Source: an uncultured Acidobacteriota bacterium
GTDB taxonomy: Bacteria > Acidobacteriota > Thermoanaerobaculia > Gp7-AA8
Reading direction: 5' to 3'
NCBI GenBank assembly: GCA_963741955.1
Contig: CAVUKB010000007.1
Coordinates: 1,024,001-1,088,000, forward strand
DNA: 64,000 nt
The notes under the pieces: model-generated
Told to the model about the DNA's origin: nothing
The model's input: the letters and a program-made list of their open reading frames with translations, nothing else
Database searches by the model: none
Made by a program: the position numbers and the translations under genes
Shown: in pieces, positions 24,103 to 34,200 of the stretch
How the letters are laid out: every line of letters starts with the position of its first letter
Numbering within the stretch: position 1 is the first letter of the stretch

Positions 24103-24282
24103 CTACTGCGTCTGCCCGGGCGGCCCGGAATGCCGCGACGCAGACACGATCACGCCGATTCCGATCAGCGCGAGAGCGCCAACTCCGATCCAGATCGGTG
24201 ACGCACCGAGAAGGTGTGCGGCGATCGCGAGCGCGACCACCAGAAGAATCCATCCGACCAACGAAAGATTGAACCACTGCAC
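24103..24282 (-). CDS. Small 2-TM membrane protein, 59 aa (not in the ORF track)
   Basis: GTG start after GGAGG; translation MQWFNLSLVGWILLVVALAIAAHLLGASPIWIGVGALALIGIGVIVSASRHSGPPGQTQ; sigma54-type promoter upstream. Confidence 0.7.
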   Translation of the reverse strand: MQWFNLSLVGWILLVVALAIAAHLLGASPIWIGVGALALIGIGVIVSASRHSGPPGQTQ

Positions 24283-24309
24283 GGGTACGTTCCTCCCGGA
24301 AGCAGACGG

Positions 24310-24325
24310 AGCAACGAGAGTGCCA
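24310..24325 (-). promoter_or_regulatory. sigma54 -24/-12 promoter
   Basis: Minus strand TGGCAC-TCTCG-TTGCT, 27 nt upstream of GTG 24282. Confidence 0.7.
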
Positions 24326-24374
24326 CCGACTCGCGGTTTTGCAGTTCCTGGCCTCGTGACACGCGCAAAGCACG

Positions 24375-24401
24375 AAAAAGCCGGCCTGAGGGCCGGCTTT
24401 T
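24375..24401. terminator. Bidirectional-type terminator ending the XRE-TPR operon
   Basis: AAAAAGCCGGCC-TGAG-GGCCGGCTTTT. Confidence 0.8.
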
Positions 24402-24423
24402 CGCTTTTCGATCGAAGCGAAGC

Positions 24424-25452
24424 TTACTCGGAGGCGATCATCCGGTGGAGAGCCTGTGCCCCGAGCCCGGCGGACACGTTGTCGTTGAGCTGGAGCGTCA
24501 TCATGTCGGACCATGCGCCGTCTTTCCGCATGATGTAGCGAAGCGCATCGCCATCCCGGTAGTAGTAGATCAGTTTCGTGGTATCCGAACCGGCGAGCGC
24601 GGTGATCTTCGAATCCGCCTCACGCCGGAACAGGCCGGGGGGATCGATCTCGCCGCGCCAGATTCCGACCGGAAGCTCGAGCTGCCCCTCGGCCGTGACC
24701 GGCCGGAGGTACAACCGCTCGAGGCGATTGCGGTCCCAGTCGGCGAAGACGATGTCGATCGCATCGAGGGAGGACTGGACGAAGATCGCCGGATGGCGGA
24801 ACAGATCGCGGTCGAAATCGGCCGGAAGCTCCGCAGCCGGACGTTGTCTGGTGGAATCGACCCAATAGAGGAGATCGTGGATGTCGATCCCAGCGACCCG
24901 CCCGTCCTTGATGGAGATCATCGCGTAGCGGCCGTTCTCGCCGTATCCGGTCTGGTCCCACCAGACGGCGTGGACGATCAGCCGCGGCACTTCGATCCGG
25001 TTGCCGTTCTCGTCGGTCGACTGCGCGTAGCGGGTCACGCCGATCTGCAGGTTGAACCGGATGTGGAACGATCCGTTGTCGATCGACGTGGTGTCGCTCC
25101 ACGTCGAGTCGTGGTACGAACAGAGGAGAAGCTCGCTCGACATGAGGTTCGGCTGCTTCTGCCAGAAGATGAAGAGGGTCTTTGACTGCGAGTCCCAGGC
25201 AAGAGAGGGGCTGGTATGCATTCCGCCGCTCAACGAGTCGGGGACGTACGTGTTGGTGACGTCGGTGCCGTTCTGTACCCGCAGCTGGAGAACGCGCTGG
25301 GAGATGCTGTCGACTCCGACTGCGAGCGGATCGACGCTCTCGATGGTGTAGAGCGTTCCGTCGGGAGTGAGCAGGACGTCACGATCCGCGTCCTGTGCGA
25401 GCAGCACGAGCGGAAAAAGGAGTGCGAGCACTGCGATCAGAGCGCGTTTCAT
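24424..25452 (-). CDS. Secreted hypothetical protein, beta-rich
   Basis: Signal peptide MKRALIAVLALLFPLVLLA; start overlaps the stop of the TPR gene. Confidence 0.8.
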   Translation of the reverse strand: MKRALIAVLALLFPLVLLAQDADRDVLLTPDGTLYTIESVDPLAVGVDSISQRVLQLRVQNGTDVTNTYVPDSLSGGMHTSPSLAWDSQSKTLFIFWQKQPNLMSSELLLCSYHDSTWSDTTSIDNGSFHIRFNLQIGVTRYAQSTDENGNRIEVPRLIVHAVWWDQTGYGENGRYAMISIKDGRVAGIDIHDLLYWVDSTRQRPAAELPADFDRDLFRHPAIFVQSSLDAIDIVFADWDRNRLERLYLRPVTAEGQLELPVGIWRGEIDPPGLFRREADSKITALAGSDTTKLIYYYRDGDALRYIMRKDGAWSDMMTLQLNDNVSAGLGAQALHRMIASE

Positions 25453-26330
25453 AATTTGAAGTTCACCATGCCTCGCAGATCGAGAGCGAAAAGAAGGTTC
25501 TTGAGATGGGGGAAGTCGGGATAGAACGTCGCGAGGTGATCGAAGTGCAGTTCGGCCGCGGCAGTATCGCCCTGCTTGTAGGCGACCTCGCCGAGAAGGA
25601 AATGGGCGTTGCGGACCTGGCGGACCTCGGTCGCGTGCTCGAGCCCGATCTCACCGTAATGCCGCGCCTCGTCGAGCTCGCCCGTCTCGAGGTATCCGAA
25701 ACAGAGGTCGATCCACGATTCGGCCGCGTAGCCTTCGATCCCGGCGCGCTCCATCATTTCGAGCGCCTGAAGGATCAACTGGATGCCATGCGCGGGGTCG
25801 CCGGCCTGCATCTGCGTGTACCCGAGGTTCTGGAACGTGAAGCTGCGGCGGAGAAGGTGCGCTTCGTCGTCGGGCGTCAGATCGAGAACTCTCGTATAGA
25901 GGTCGACGGCTTCGGGGATCCGGGACTCGAAGACCGCGAGCTTGGCCAGCGCGAAGAGCGCCTCGGCCTTCCACTCCGTGTCGCCGCTGCTCTCGGCGGT
26001 CTCCAGAGCGATCTTCGCGTAGAACGTCGCGCGTTTGTAATCCTTCTCGGCTTCGAACTTCCGCCTCAGGTAATACGCAGCGAGATAACGATGCCGCGCA
26101 TTGCGCTGGCGCATCAGGATCTGCGGAAGCTGTTGCACCTCGGGCGAGGACTTCTCCATCGAGATCATCACGCCGGCCTTGTTCAGCACCAGCAGCTCGA
26201 TCGCCTCGTCGTCGGTCGCGATGGCCAGCGCCGCGTCGAGAAGCTCGACCGCGCTCTCCATCTCGTTCGCGCGCATCTTCGCCAGCGCCTGCTGCCGCAG
26301 CGATTCCACGCGATCCACCGATGTCGTCAT
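25449..26330 (-). CDS. Tetratricopeptide-repeat protein
   Basis: Helical repeats such as AEALFALAKLA, TFQNLGYTQM and AHFLLGEVAYKQGD. ATG 26330 lies 16 nt after the XRE stop. Confidence 0.85.
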   Translation of the reverse strand: MTTSVDRVESLRQQALAKMRANEMESAVELLDAALAIATDDEAIELLVLNKAGVMISMEKSSPEVQQLPQILMRQRNARHRYLAAYYLRRKFEAEKDYKRATFYAKIALETAESSGDTEWKAEALFALAKLAVFESRIPEAVDLYTRVLDLTPDDEAHLLRRSFTFQNLGYTQMQAGDPAHGIQLILQALEMMERAGIEGYAAESWIDLCFGYLETGELDEARHYGEIGLEHATEVRQVRNAHFLLGEVAYKQGDTAAAELHFDHLATFYPDFPHLKNLLFALDLRGMVNFKL

Positions 26331-26346
26331 GCTCACCCTCGCTCCC

Positions 26347-26703
26347 TCACTCTTCCTCGTCCGCATCCGGAGAGGCGCCCGCCTCCTCCTGTGCGCGCTT
26401 GAACTCGATGAACGACTCGACTTCACGCTGCGCTTCCGGACTGAGGTACCGGTATTTTTCTGCAATCGTCATTTCCCGCGGACGCTCCTCGAAGAACTCA
26501 CCGATCGAGAGGTTGAACGTCTGCAGGATCCGGAGCAGCGTATCGAGTCCGACTTTGTACTCGCCCTGCTCCATACGCGACAGGTCCGACTGATGGATGC
26601 CGATCTTTTCGGCGAGCTCCACCTGCGTCAGCTTCCGCTGGCGTCTGAGCTGCCGGATCTTTCGTCCGACGAGCTCCATCTGGATCGGCTGTCTCGATGA
26701 CAT
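26347..26703 (-). CDS. XRE-family helix-turn-helix transcriptional regulator
   Basis: VGRKIRQLRRQRKLTQVELAEKIGIHQSDLSRMEQG. Confidence 0.93.
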   Translation of the reverse strand: MSSRQPIQMELVGRKIRQLRRQRKLTQVELAEKIGIHQSDLSRMEQGEYKVGLDTLLRILQTFNLSIGEFFEERPREMTIAEKYRYLSPEAQREVESFIEFKRAQEEAGASPDADEEE

Positions 26704-26707
26704 TTCT

Positions 26708-26777
26708 TTGACTTTTATGCTACTGCGCAATATGCTCCGCGCGTGTCCAATGTAGGGAGTCCGATCGCACAAGTCAA
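26708..26777. promoter_or_regulatory. Pair of opposed sigma70 promoters for wzm (+) and the XRE operon (-)
   Basis: Plus strand: TTGACT(26708)-17 bp-TATGCT(26731). Minus strand: TTGACT(26777)-17 bp-TACATT(26754). Confidence 0.7.
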
Positions 26778-27555
26778 GGATTTCCGAGCATTTGACCCCG
26801 TCCGGGATCTGCATCTCCTCGCCCAGCTCATCCGTCGCGATTTCAGCGCCCGATTTGCCGGTTCAGCATTCGGAATCGCCTGGGCCGTCCTTCAGCCCCT
26901 CAGTCTCGTCCTCCTTTATTGGTTCGTTTTCACGGTCATGATCCCCGGACAGCCCGTTCAGGGAGGAGGAGGGGAGTACGTCCTCTTTCTCATCTCGGGA
27001 CTCCTTCCGTGGCTCGCCATCAACGAAGGAATCATGCGGGCGACGACCTCCATCGTCGAAAACGGGGCGATGGTCCGCCGTCTCCCGTTCCGGAGCGAGC
27101 TTCTGGTGTTCGTGCCGAACGCCTCGGCGGTGATCTTCGAGCTGGTGGGACTCGGCCTCTTCACCGGATTTCTCCTCTACCGCGGCATCTCGCTCCGCGG
27201 GATGTGGCTCCTCCCGCTCGCCCTTCTCTTCCAGCTGATGATCCAGGTGGGGATCGGCCTCGTCCTCTCCGCGGTCCACGTCTTCTTCCGTGACGTGACC
27301 CAGATTCTCGGGTTCGTCCTTTCCATCGTCTTCTTCCTCAGCCCGATCCTCTATTCGGTGGAAGGGAGATTCAAGACCATCTTCATGTGGAATCCGATGA
27401 CACCTCTCCTCGGTTTGTTCCGCAGTGCGATGCTGGCGTCACCGTTACCCTCGCCCGTCTCGTTCGTATTCCTCTTGACGGCAGCGACGGTTATTTTCGG
27501 CGGAGGTCTCTTCTTCTTCCGCCGGGTGCAGCCAGGGCTGGTCGATCTGATCTGA
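26743..27555 (+). CDS. wzm: ABC-2 polysaccharide export permease (Wzm/RfbA-like)
   Basis: RRDFSARFAGSAFGIAWAVLQPL, GLLPW, FFRDVTQI, SPILY and NPMT. Confidence 0.88.
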   Translation: MSNVGSPIAQVKDFRAFDPVRDLHLLAQLIRRDFSARFAGSAFGIAWAVLQPLSLVLLYWFVFTVMIPGQPVQGGGGEYVLFLISGLLPWLAINEGIMRATTSIVENGAMVRRLPFRSELLVFVPNASAVIFELVGLGLFTGFLLYRGISLRGMWLLPLALLFQLMIQVGIGLVLSAVHVFFRDVTQILGFVLSIVFFLSPILYSVEGRFKTIFMWNPMTPLLGLFRSAMLASPLPSPVSFVFLLTAATVIFGGGLFFFRRVQPGLVDLI

Positions 27556-27584
27556 ACAATTCATATCCGTTGAAGGAGTCTCCC

Positions 27585-29324
27585 ATGGTCTGGAAGAAAC
27601 TCACCCGAGGAGTGTTCGTCGCCACGCTCTCGGCCCTCCTGCCGCTCGCCGCCGCAGCGCAGTCGGGTCAGCATCAGCATCCGGCAGAGAAAGACGTCAA
27701 GGCGAGCGAGCCCTCTGCGAAACAGTCACCCGCCCCGACGATGACGCGCGCCGAGCAGCTCGAGGCGTGGGGAGTCGGCGTCGACCCGGGTCCCGACCCC
27801 GACCCGAAACAGATCTTCGAGCGGAACGGCCGCCCCTTCACCATCGAGAAGTTTCCGATGAAGAACGTGGTGCCGACGGACCGTCCGGGGTGGGTGCGTC
27901 CCTACGCGTGGGTCAACGTGGCCGCGGAGATTTATCGGCAGGACGAGCAGAACGTCTGGGTCTGGCTTCCGGCCGACGTCGGTCCGACCGGTGGGTCGGG
28001 GGTCGAGCGCGACAAGCGCGAGGAGCGCATCCGATCGTACAAACCGGAGGAGCTCGAGTACTTCCGGAAGCTTCGTCCGGAGTTCGTAACCAGGCCGGCC
28101 CCTTCTGCAGACCTGACCCTCCGGTTCGAAGACGCATCCAAAGGACTTCCTGCGGAGGGGAACTACCGCAATTCGCTCGCCGTTGCGGACATGAACGAAG
28201 ACGGCATTCCCGACATCATCCTCCCGCCGCAGCGCGGCGTGGATGGTCCTCCGACGATCTATCTCGGCTCGAAAGACGGTTCGTGGCGTGAATGGAAGGA
28301 AGCCGAGTGGCCGTACACCTTCGCCTACGGGAGCGTGGTGGCCGGCGATCTGAATGGAGACGGGCACCAGGATCTCGTTTTCGGTGTCCACTACACCGGC
28401 GTGACCGCGATTCTGGGAGACGGAAAAGGGCACTTCGTCCCGGCCGGTGAGGGTCTGCCGACCAGGGACTTCGGTTCGCGGCGGGTCGATCTCGCGGATT
28501 TCAACGGCGACGGCTCGCTCGACATCGTGGCGATCTCCGAAGGTCCCCGTCCCGGCCGGCCCGAGCTGGAGGCGAATCCGATCCGGATCTTCCTGAATCA
28601 GGACCACGCGAAGAGCTGGAAGGAGCTCGATTTCGTGGAGCCGGGACGCCTGGTCTCCGGTGACTGGATGGCGGTCGGTGATTTCGACGGCAACCGCAAA
28701 CCGGACGTCGCCGGCTCGAGCATCTACTTCAACGGCCCGGACCTGATCTACCTGAACCAGGGGAAGAACGAGTTCAAGGCGTTCGGCCGCGGATTCCTCC
28801 CGTTCTACTCGTACTACTTCGCCGTCGATGCCGGACACTTCACGACCAGAAGACGGGACGACCTCGCGATCAGCTTCATGCGCGCGTGGCCGGAGGACAT
28901 CGATCCGCGGAAGGTCGAGTACCCGGAGGCGACGAAAGTCGCGGGGATCGATCTGGTGACGTGGGACGCGAAGGGTCACGCGCATCGCAAGCCGGTGACC
29001 AGTCGTGCTTCGGATGGCGCGATCTGGGGAATGGCTTCAGCGGATTTCGATGGCGACGGGAAGCTCGACCTGATCTACTCCCAGTCGTCGCCCCGGGCAT
29101 TCGTGATCCTCCTCGGCGACGGGAAAGGGAACTTCCGAGAGGCGAAGCTGGATGGGTTGACGGCTCCGGACAACCTCAACTACGACATCGTCGCGAAGGA
29201 CGTGAACGGCGATGGACGCCCCGACGTGGTGGTGATGTACGAGGACTTTCTGGACCGGAAGGACGGGTCGGTTCACGTCTACCTGAACCGCGGTGCGGAG
29301 CCGGATGGGAAGGGCGGGAAGTAA
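27585..29324 (+). CDS. Secreted FG-GAP/VCBS-repeat (beta-propeller) protein
   Basis: ATG after AAGGAG; signal peptide; repeats ADMNEDGIPD, GDLNGDGHQD, ADFNGDGSLD, GDFDGNRKPD, ADFDGDGKLD and DVNGDGRPD. Confidence 0.9.
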   Translation: MVWKKLTRGVFVATLSALLPLAAAAQSGQHQHPAEKDVKASEPSAKQSPAPTMTRAEQLEAWGVGVDPGPDPDPKQIFERNGRPFTIEKFPMKNVVPTDRPGWVRPYAWVNVAAEIYRQDEQNVWVWLPADVGPTGGSGVERDKREERIRSYKPEELEYFRKLRPEFVTRPAPSADLTLRFEDASKGLPAEGNYRNSLAVADMNEDGIPDIILPPQRGVDGPPTIYLGSKDGSWREWKEAEWPYTFAYGSVVAGDLNGDGHQDLVFGVHYTGVTAILGDGKGHFVPAGEGLPTRDFGSRRVDLADFNGDGSLDIVAISEGPRPGRPELEANPIRIFLNQDHAKSWKELDFVEPGRLVSGDWMAVGDFDGNRKPDVAGSSIYFNGPDLIYLNQGKNEFKAFGRGFLPFYSYYFAVDAGHFTTRRRDDLAISFMRAWPEDIDPRKVEYPEATKVAGIDLVTWDAKGHAHRKPVTSRASDGAIWGMASADFDGDGKLDLIYSQSSPRAFVILLGDGKGNFREAKLDGLTAPDNLNYDIVAKDVNGDGRPDVVVMYEDFLDRKDGSVHVYLNRGAEPDGKGGK

Positions 29325-29410
29325 AGGGTTGCGGGGCGGATGGAATGCAGTATAATCGCCCCATTCGAAACGGTCTTATGGCGTTACACCATAAATTTCG
29401 ACCCGAGCTA

Positions 29411-29439
29411 TTGACTTTCGGAATATAGTGCCCTACTTT
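29411..29439 (+). promoter_or_regulatory. sigma70 promoter of the putative surface protein gene
   Basis: TTGACT-17 bp-TACTTT in an AT-rich intergenic region; an additional TATAAT at 29351. Confidence 0.65.
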
Positions 29440-29598
29440 GACACAGACTTCAAAACGAGAATCGCACTGGTTCCAGTTGAAAATTGACATTCGGGAGGTG
29501 ATGGATCAACGAGGAAGGCTGATGAATTTCCAGGAAAAGCCCTGAAAATGTCCCTTGGAAATCTTCGAACAACAACAAAGTCGTGTAGGAGAAATCAA

Positions 29599-30984
29599 AT
29601 GAAAAAGCTTTTCGCATTGGTTGCGATGGCGTGCCTGCTGATGGCGGGTTCGGCGTTCGCGCAGTCGGTCGCTCCGACGACGACCGCGAACAATGATACC
29701 TGCGACATCGCGACCGCCCCTGCGGCCACGCTGCTGCTTCCGTACTTCGAGGTCGGTACCGGTACCGACGCGACGACGGCCGTGAACACCCTGTTCACGC
29801 TGACCAACGTCTCGGACGAGCCGGCGATCGCCCACGTCACCGTGTGGTCGAACTGGTCTTATCCGGTCCTCGACTTCAACATCTTCCTGACTGGCTATGA
29901 CGTGCAGCCGGTCAGCCTCTATGACATTCTGACCCGTGGTCAGATCCCGCCGACCAGCTGGCCGTCCTCGGCTTCCGGCTTCGGCTCGCGCTCGCTGACG
30001 ACCGCCCCGACGCGTTTCGCCGGTGGCGCTCAGACCGCGTGCACGAACCTCCCGGGCCCGATTCCGGCCTCGCTGCTCAACCAGGTGCAGAGCGCGCTGA
30101 CCGGCGGCTCCTACCAGGGTTGCCCGCAGGTTGGTGATGTCAGCAACAACATGATCGGCTACGTGACCATCGACACCGCGAACACCTGCTCGCAGTCGCT
30201 GCCGATCGATGCCTCGTACTACAACACGGAAATCCTGTATGACAACGTCCTCACCGGCGACTTCGTGCTCGTGAACCCGACGGCCACCACCGGCAACTAT
30301 GCCGCTGGCAACCCGATGGTCCACATCCGTGCAGTCCCCGAGGGTGGTTCCGCGGGTACCGGTGCGACCTCCCTGCCGAACACCTTCTATTCGCGTTACT
30401 CCACCTACAACGGCGCGCTCGTGAGCGATCGTCGTCAGCCGCTGCCGGCGCAGTTCGCGGCACGGTACATCGAAGGCGGAGCGGGAAGCTTCAACACCAA
30501 CTTCCTGATCTGGCGTGAAGGCATCCTGATCGGTGCCGACACGACCTGCGGCAACATCGACCTCAACTCGGCGTTCCCGTACACGGAGTTCGTGCGGTTC
30601 GACGAGCATGAGAACCCGACCACCCAGAGCGGCTCCTGCCAGATTTCTCCCTGCCCTCCGGGCCAGGGTCTGACCGAAGCGCAGTCGCTCACCCCCGGCG
30701 ATGCAGTCTTCCCGCCGGCGTTCAGCGGCACCAGCGACCTCGGTGGCTGGATGTACATGAACCTCAACAACCCGACCACGAAGGTCGAGCCTGATCCGAT
30801 CGCCTCCCAGAACTGGGTGGTTGTCGACATGACGGCCGAGGGTCGGTATGGAATCGACTTCGACGCAACGTACCTTGCGAACGGCTGCACGCCGGTCCTG
30901 GGTGTGACGTCGACGACGCGTACTCCGTCGCCCGACACGAAGATCATGCCGGAGTCGACTCGTACGATTCACCCGGCGTACTAA
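29599..30984 (+). CDS. Secreted Thr/Ser/Gly-rich protein, candidate major surface/S-layer protein
   Basis: Signal peptide MKKLFALVAMACLLMAGSAFA after AGGAG; own promoter and terminator; paired Cys; PAATLLLPYFEV N-terminal motif. Function inferred. Confidence 0.8.
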   Translation: MKKLFALVAMACLLMAGSAFAQSVAPTTTANNDTCDIATAPAATLLLPYFEVGTGTDATTAVNTLFTLTNVSDEPAIAHVTVWSNWSYPVLDFNIFLTGYDVQPVSLYDILTRGQIPPTSWPSSASGFGSRSLTTAPTRFAGGAQTACTNLPGPIPASLLNQVQSALTGGSYQGCPQVGDVSNNMIGYVTIDTANTCSQSLPIDASYYNTEILYDNVLTGDFVLVNPTATTGNYAAGNPMVHIRAVPEGGSAGTGATSLPNTFYSRYSTYNGALVSDRRQPLPAQFAARYIEGGAGSFNTNFLIWREGILIGADTTCGNIDLNSAFPYTEFVRFDEHENPTTQSGSCQISPCPPGQGLTEAQSLTPGDAVFPPAFSGTSDLGGWMYMNLNNPTTKVEPDPIASQNWVVVDMTAEGRYGIDFDATYLANGCTPVLGVTSTTRTPSPDTKIMPESTRTIHPAY

Positions 30985-31012
30985 GCGTCGGTCACAGGTT
31001 TGACGCCTGTCT

Positions 31013-31048
31013 GAGGCGGGCCGGGTAACCGGCCCGCCTCTTTGTTTT
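31013..31048 (+). terminator. Rho-independent terminator
   Basis: GAGGCGGGCCGG-GTAA-CCGGCCCGCCTC-TTTGTTTT. Confidence 0.88.
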
Positions 31049-31215
31049 CATTGCGAAATCACGTTGCTCGGGTTATCTTGTATTGACCTGTACCACCAGG
31101 TCGGGTGTGAAGTTATTCGGAACATTAAATAACTGTGTCGGGTGGGAATGGGGCGGTTCAACACTCGGTTTGCTGGCCCGGGTTCCTTTCCGCAGATCTT
31201 CTCCAGGGGGTGGAT

Positions 31216-34200
31216 GTGAAACACACCGCGTCGAGAGTCGTCCTTCTCAGCACCATCATCATGGCCTTTACGGCCCTCGCCTCGGCGCAGGACTTTCCAT
31301 GGCCGCGATCCGTCGGAAGTCCGAACGACTCGTGCACTACGTGCAAATCGCCGTGGACGAATCTCCCGACCTACCCCTACTCTCTCCCGCTCAAGGATCA
31401 CGCCGGGCGCTTCGTCGATTCGACTCGCACGCGCGATTACCAGCAGCCATTGCGTACCCTGCGCGCTCGCGGGCTCAAGATCTCTCCCGAGAACGGGCAG
31501 ATCTACATGATGCTCGGCTCCTCATTCGTGACGTACAAACTGTCGAACTTCTTCTCGAGCAAGCTCGGTCAGCCGCTCTCGGTTGCAAACAACCACCAGG
31601 ATGGGAACACCACGGTACCTGGCGAACAGTATCTCGCGTGGGACGGCTACTTCTACGCGGAGAAGAGCAACTGGAATTGTCCGATCCAGGATGGGCAGGA
31701 CCGTCTCTTCGACTTCGACTGGGACGACCGGGGTGACATCTATCTCGCGTATTCGGTGTTCCATTGGGGCATCCTTCAGCAGACTCCGAGCGGGGTGACG
31801 AGCGTCAAACAGGTCGTCAACGACGCAGATCCTTCTCCGACCATGATCGCGTCTTTCAAGGCCGGCTCGAAGTACTACGCGTACGTCACCAGCTCTTCAT
31901 CGGCCAAAGAAGCGACCATCTGGGACGTGACCAACGTCACCAACCCTTCACTGGTGAAAAAGTTCTCCGTCTACTCCGGGAGTGGTGAAGGCGCACGTGC
32001 GTTCGCGAAGACCGATGCAGCCGGAACCGTGATCGCGATGGTCGACTATCACCGGAATCTCCGGATCTCGTCCGGGAGCGGAGTCGTCTCGGGCAACCCG
32101 GAGACGCTGATCCAGTCGAGCTACACCGGTTCGGGAGGCGGCTACGTCGACGTGACCTCGGACGGCACGAACTTCTACGCGATCGAGGTGACCGCCTCGA
32201 TGAACGGCCAGGCGATCGTGCACGAATTCTCCCCCGTCTCGCCAGGGGTGGCGAACGGGTACCACGAAACCGTCTCCCAGGTCGTCTCCCGCAACATGAA
32301 GGTCGGCGGAATCCGCTACGGCGCGGGATACATCTCGGCGTGGGGGATCGAGGGGGGAGTCTTCTCGATCCGTCTATTCAAGGTCAACCCCACGAGCTTC
32401 GAAGAGATTCAGCTCGGCGCGTTCATCCCGAACTACTACTTCGCCGCTCCGGCGGGTTACGCCCAGCCGGATGGCTATGCGCAGAACGTCACTGTGGTGC
32501 AGCCCTGGAGGGACGGAGGGAAAGACTATCTCTTCGTGGGTGACTACGGGCTGGGAGACGTCTACGAGCTCCAGGCCGGAGACAGCATCGACATCGCGAC
32601 GGTCACCAGCGCTTCGCGCGGGACGACCAATCCCAATACCCCGACGGGAAGCGCGAAGCCGTTCCCGGGCGATCTGGTGACGTTCAGCTCCAGCACGACC
32701 GCCAAGACTCAGCTTCAGCTCAGCTGGGATTTCGGGAATCCTGAATCGACCGACAATTCCGGGACCTCGTACACCGGTACGAACGTCTCCCACCGTTTCT
32801 TCGGAATGACCACCGCGAACACGATCACCACTCCGAAGACGGTCAAAGCGCAGAACATCGCGGATGCGTCGATGAACGACAGCGAATCGGTGGTGCTCGC
32901 GGTTCCCACGCCGCGATTCAAGATCGCCGGAATGCCGGTTCTCTTCACCCAGCCCGCAGTTTCGTCGACCGCGCCGGTGGTCTTCGGCGATCAGTGGGTC
33001 GATGCATCGGACGGGGTGATCGAAGGACACTACGACGTCTGGACTCTGGACGGCGCGGTCACCAATACCACGCCCGACATGGCCGTACCGGTGGGTCTCT
33101 GCGGTGCTCACACCCTCAGCTATGCGGCGCGTTACGGCGCCCACAGTGGAACCGGAACGGGTGTGACTTCCACCGGCAGCGCCTACACTGCCGCGATCAA
33201 TTCCTTCAACTATTCGGTGCGTCCCTTCGCGCCCCAGGTCACCGTCGCCGTTTCCGGCTCCACGATGACGTTCACCGACGCGACGCGGTTCTCATCCGCG
33301 ATCTTCCCGGCCGGCGCGAATGCCACCTATTCGTGGGCCCTGAAGAACGCCGCGGGGAGCACTGTATCCACTGGAACCGGGACGCAGTTCGTCGTCTCGC
33401 CGATCCCGGCCTCGGGGAGCAGCGTGGTGCTGACGGTTTCGGTCAGCGACGCGATCGCCGAGACCTCGTGCGCGTCGATGACGAGCGCTTCGATCACCTA
33501 TCCGATCACAGTCCCTGATCCCGCGATCAACACCAGTGGCGGTTGTTCGAACGCGCTGGGCCCGTGCACGATCTCCGTGGCGTCGGCCAGCGGGGCAGAC
33601 CAGAGCGCGTGGACGTATCAGTGGAAGGTCAACAACGTCACCCGGCCTCAGACCACACAGAGCGTCGACGCGCAGGCGGCCGGATGGTTCCCCAGCCAGG
33701 GGACCTACACGGTGGCCGTCACCGCGACGCACAGCGCGACGTCGCTCTCGGCGACCGCCCAGTCGACTCTTTCGATGGCGGCGCCGATCTGCAGTGGAAA
33801 ACCGACCGGCATCAGCGTCGGCTACAGCGGGAGCCTCGGCTGCAACACGAGCTCGGCATGTCAGGCCGGCGAGACGATCAGCTTCAGTCCTTATGCGTTC
33901 GGCTACACGTTCCAGGACTGCGACTCCTTCACCTGGAACTTCGGCGATGGCTCGACCGGGAGCGGACGGAACGTCAGCCATACCTACAACACGAACGGTC
34001 CCCGGACGGTGACCCTCACCGTCGCAAACAGCAGCGGATCCGGCTCCGCGACGACGACCGTGACGGTCGGAACGACCACGCCACCGCCTCCGCCACCACC
34101 TCCGACCGGTTGTCCGACCGCCGCGCCGGGCGGGACGCTCGACCTTTCCTACGCCGGACCGACGAGTGGCTGTAGCGCAACCGCCGGCAGCTGCGCCACC

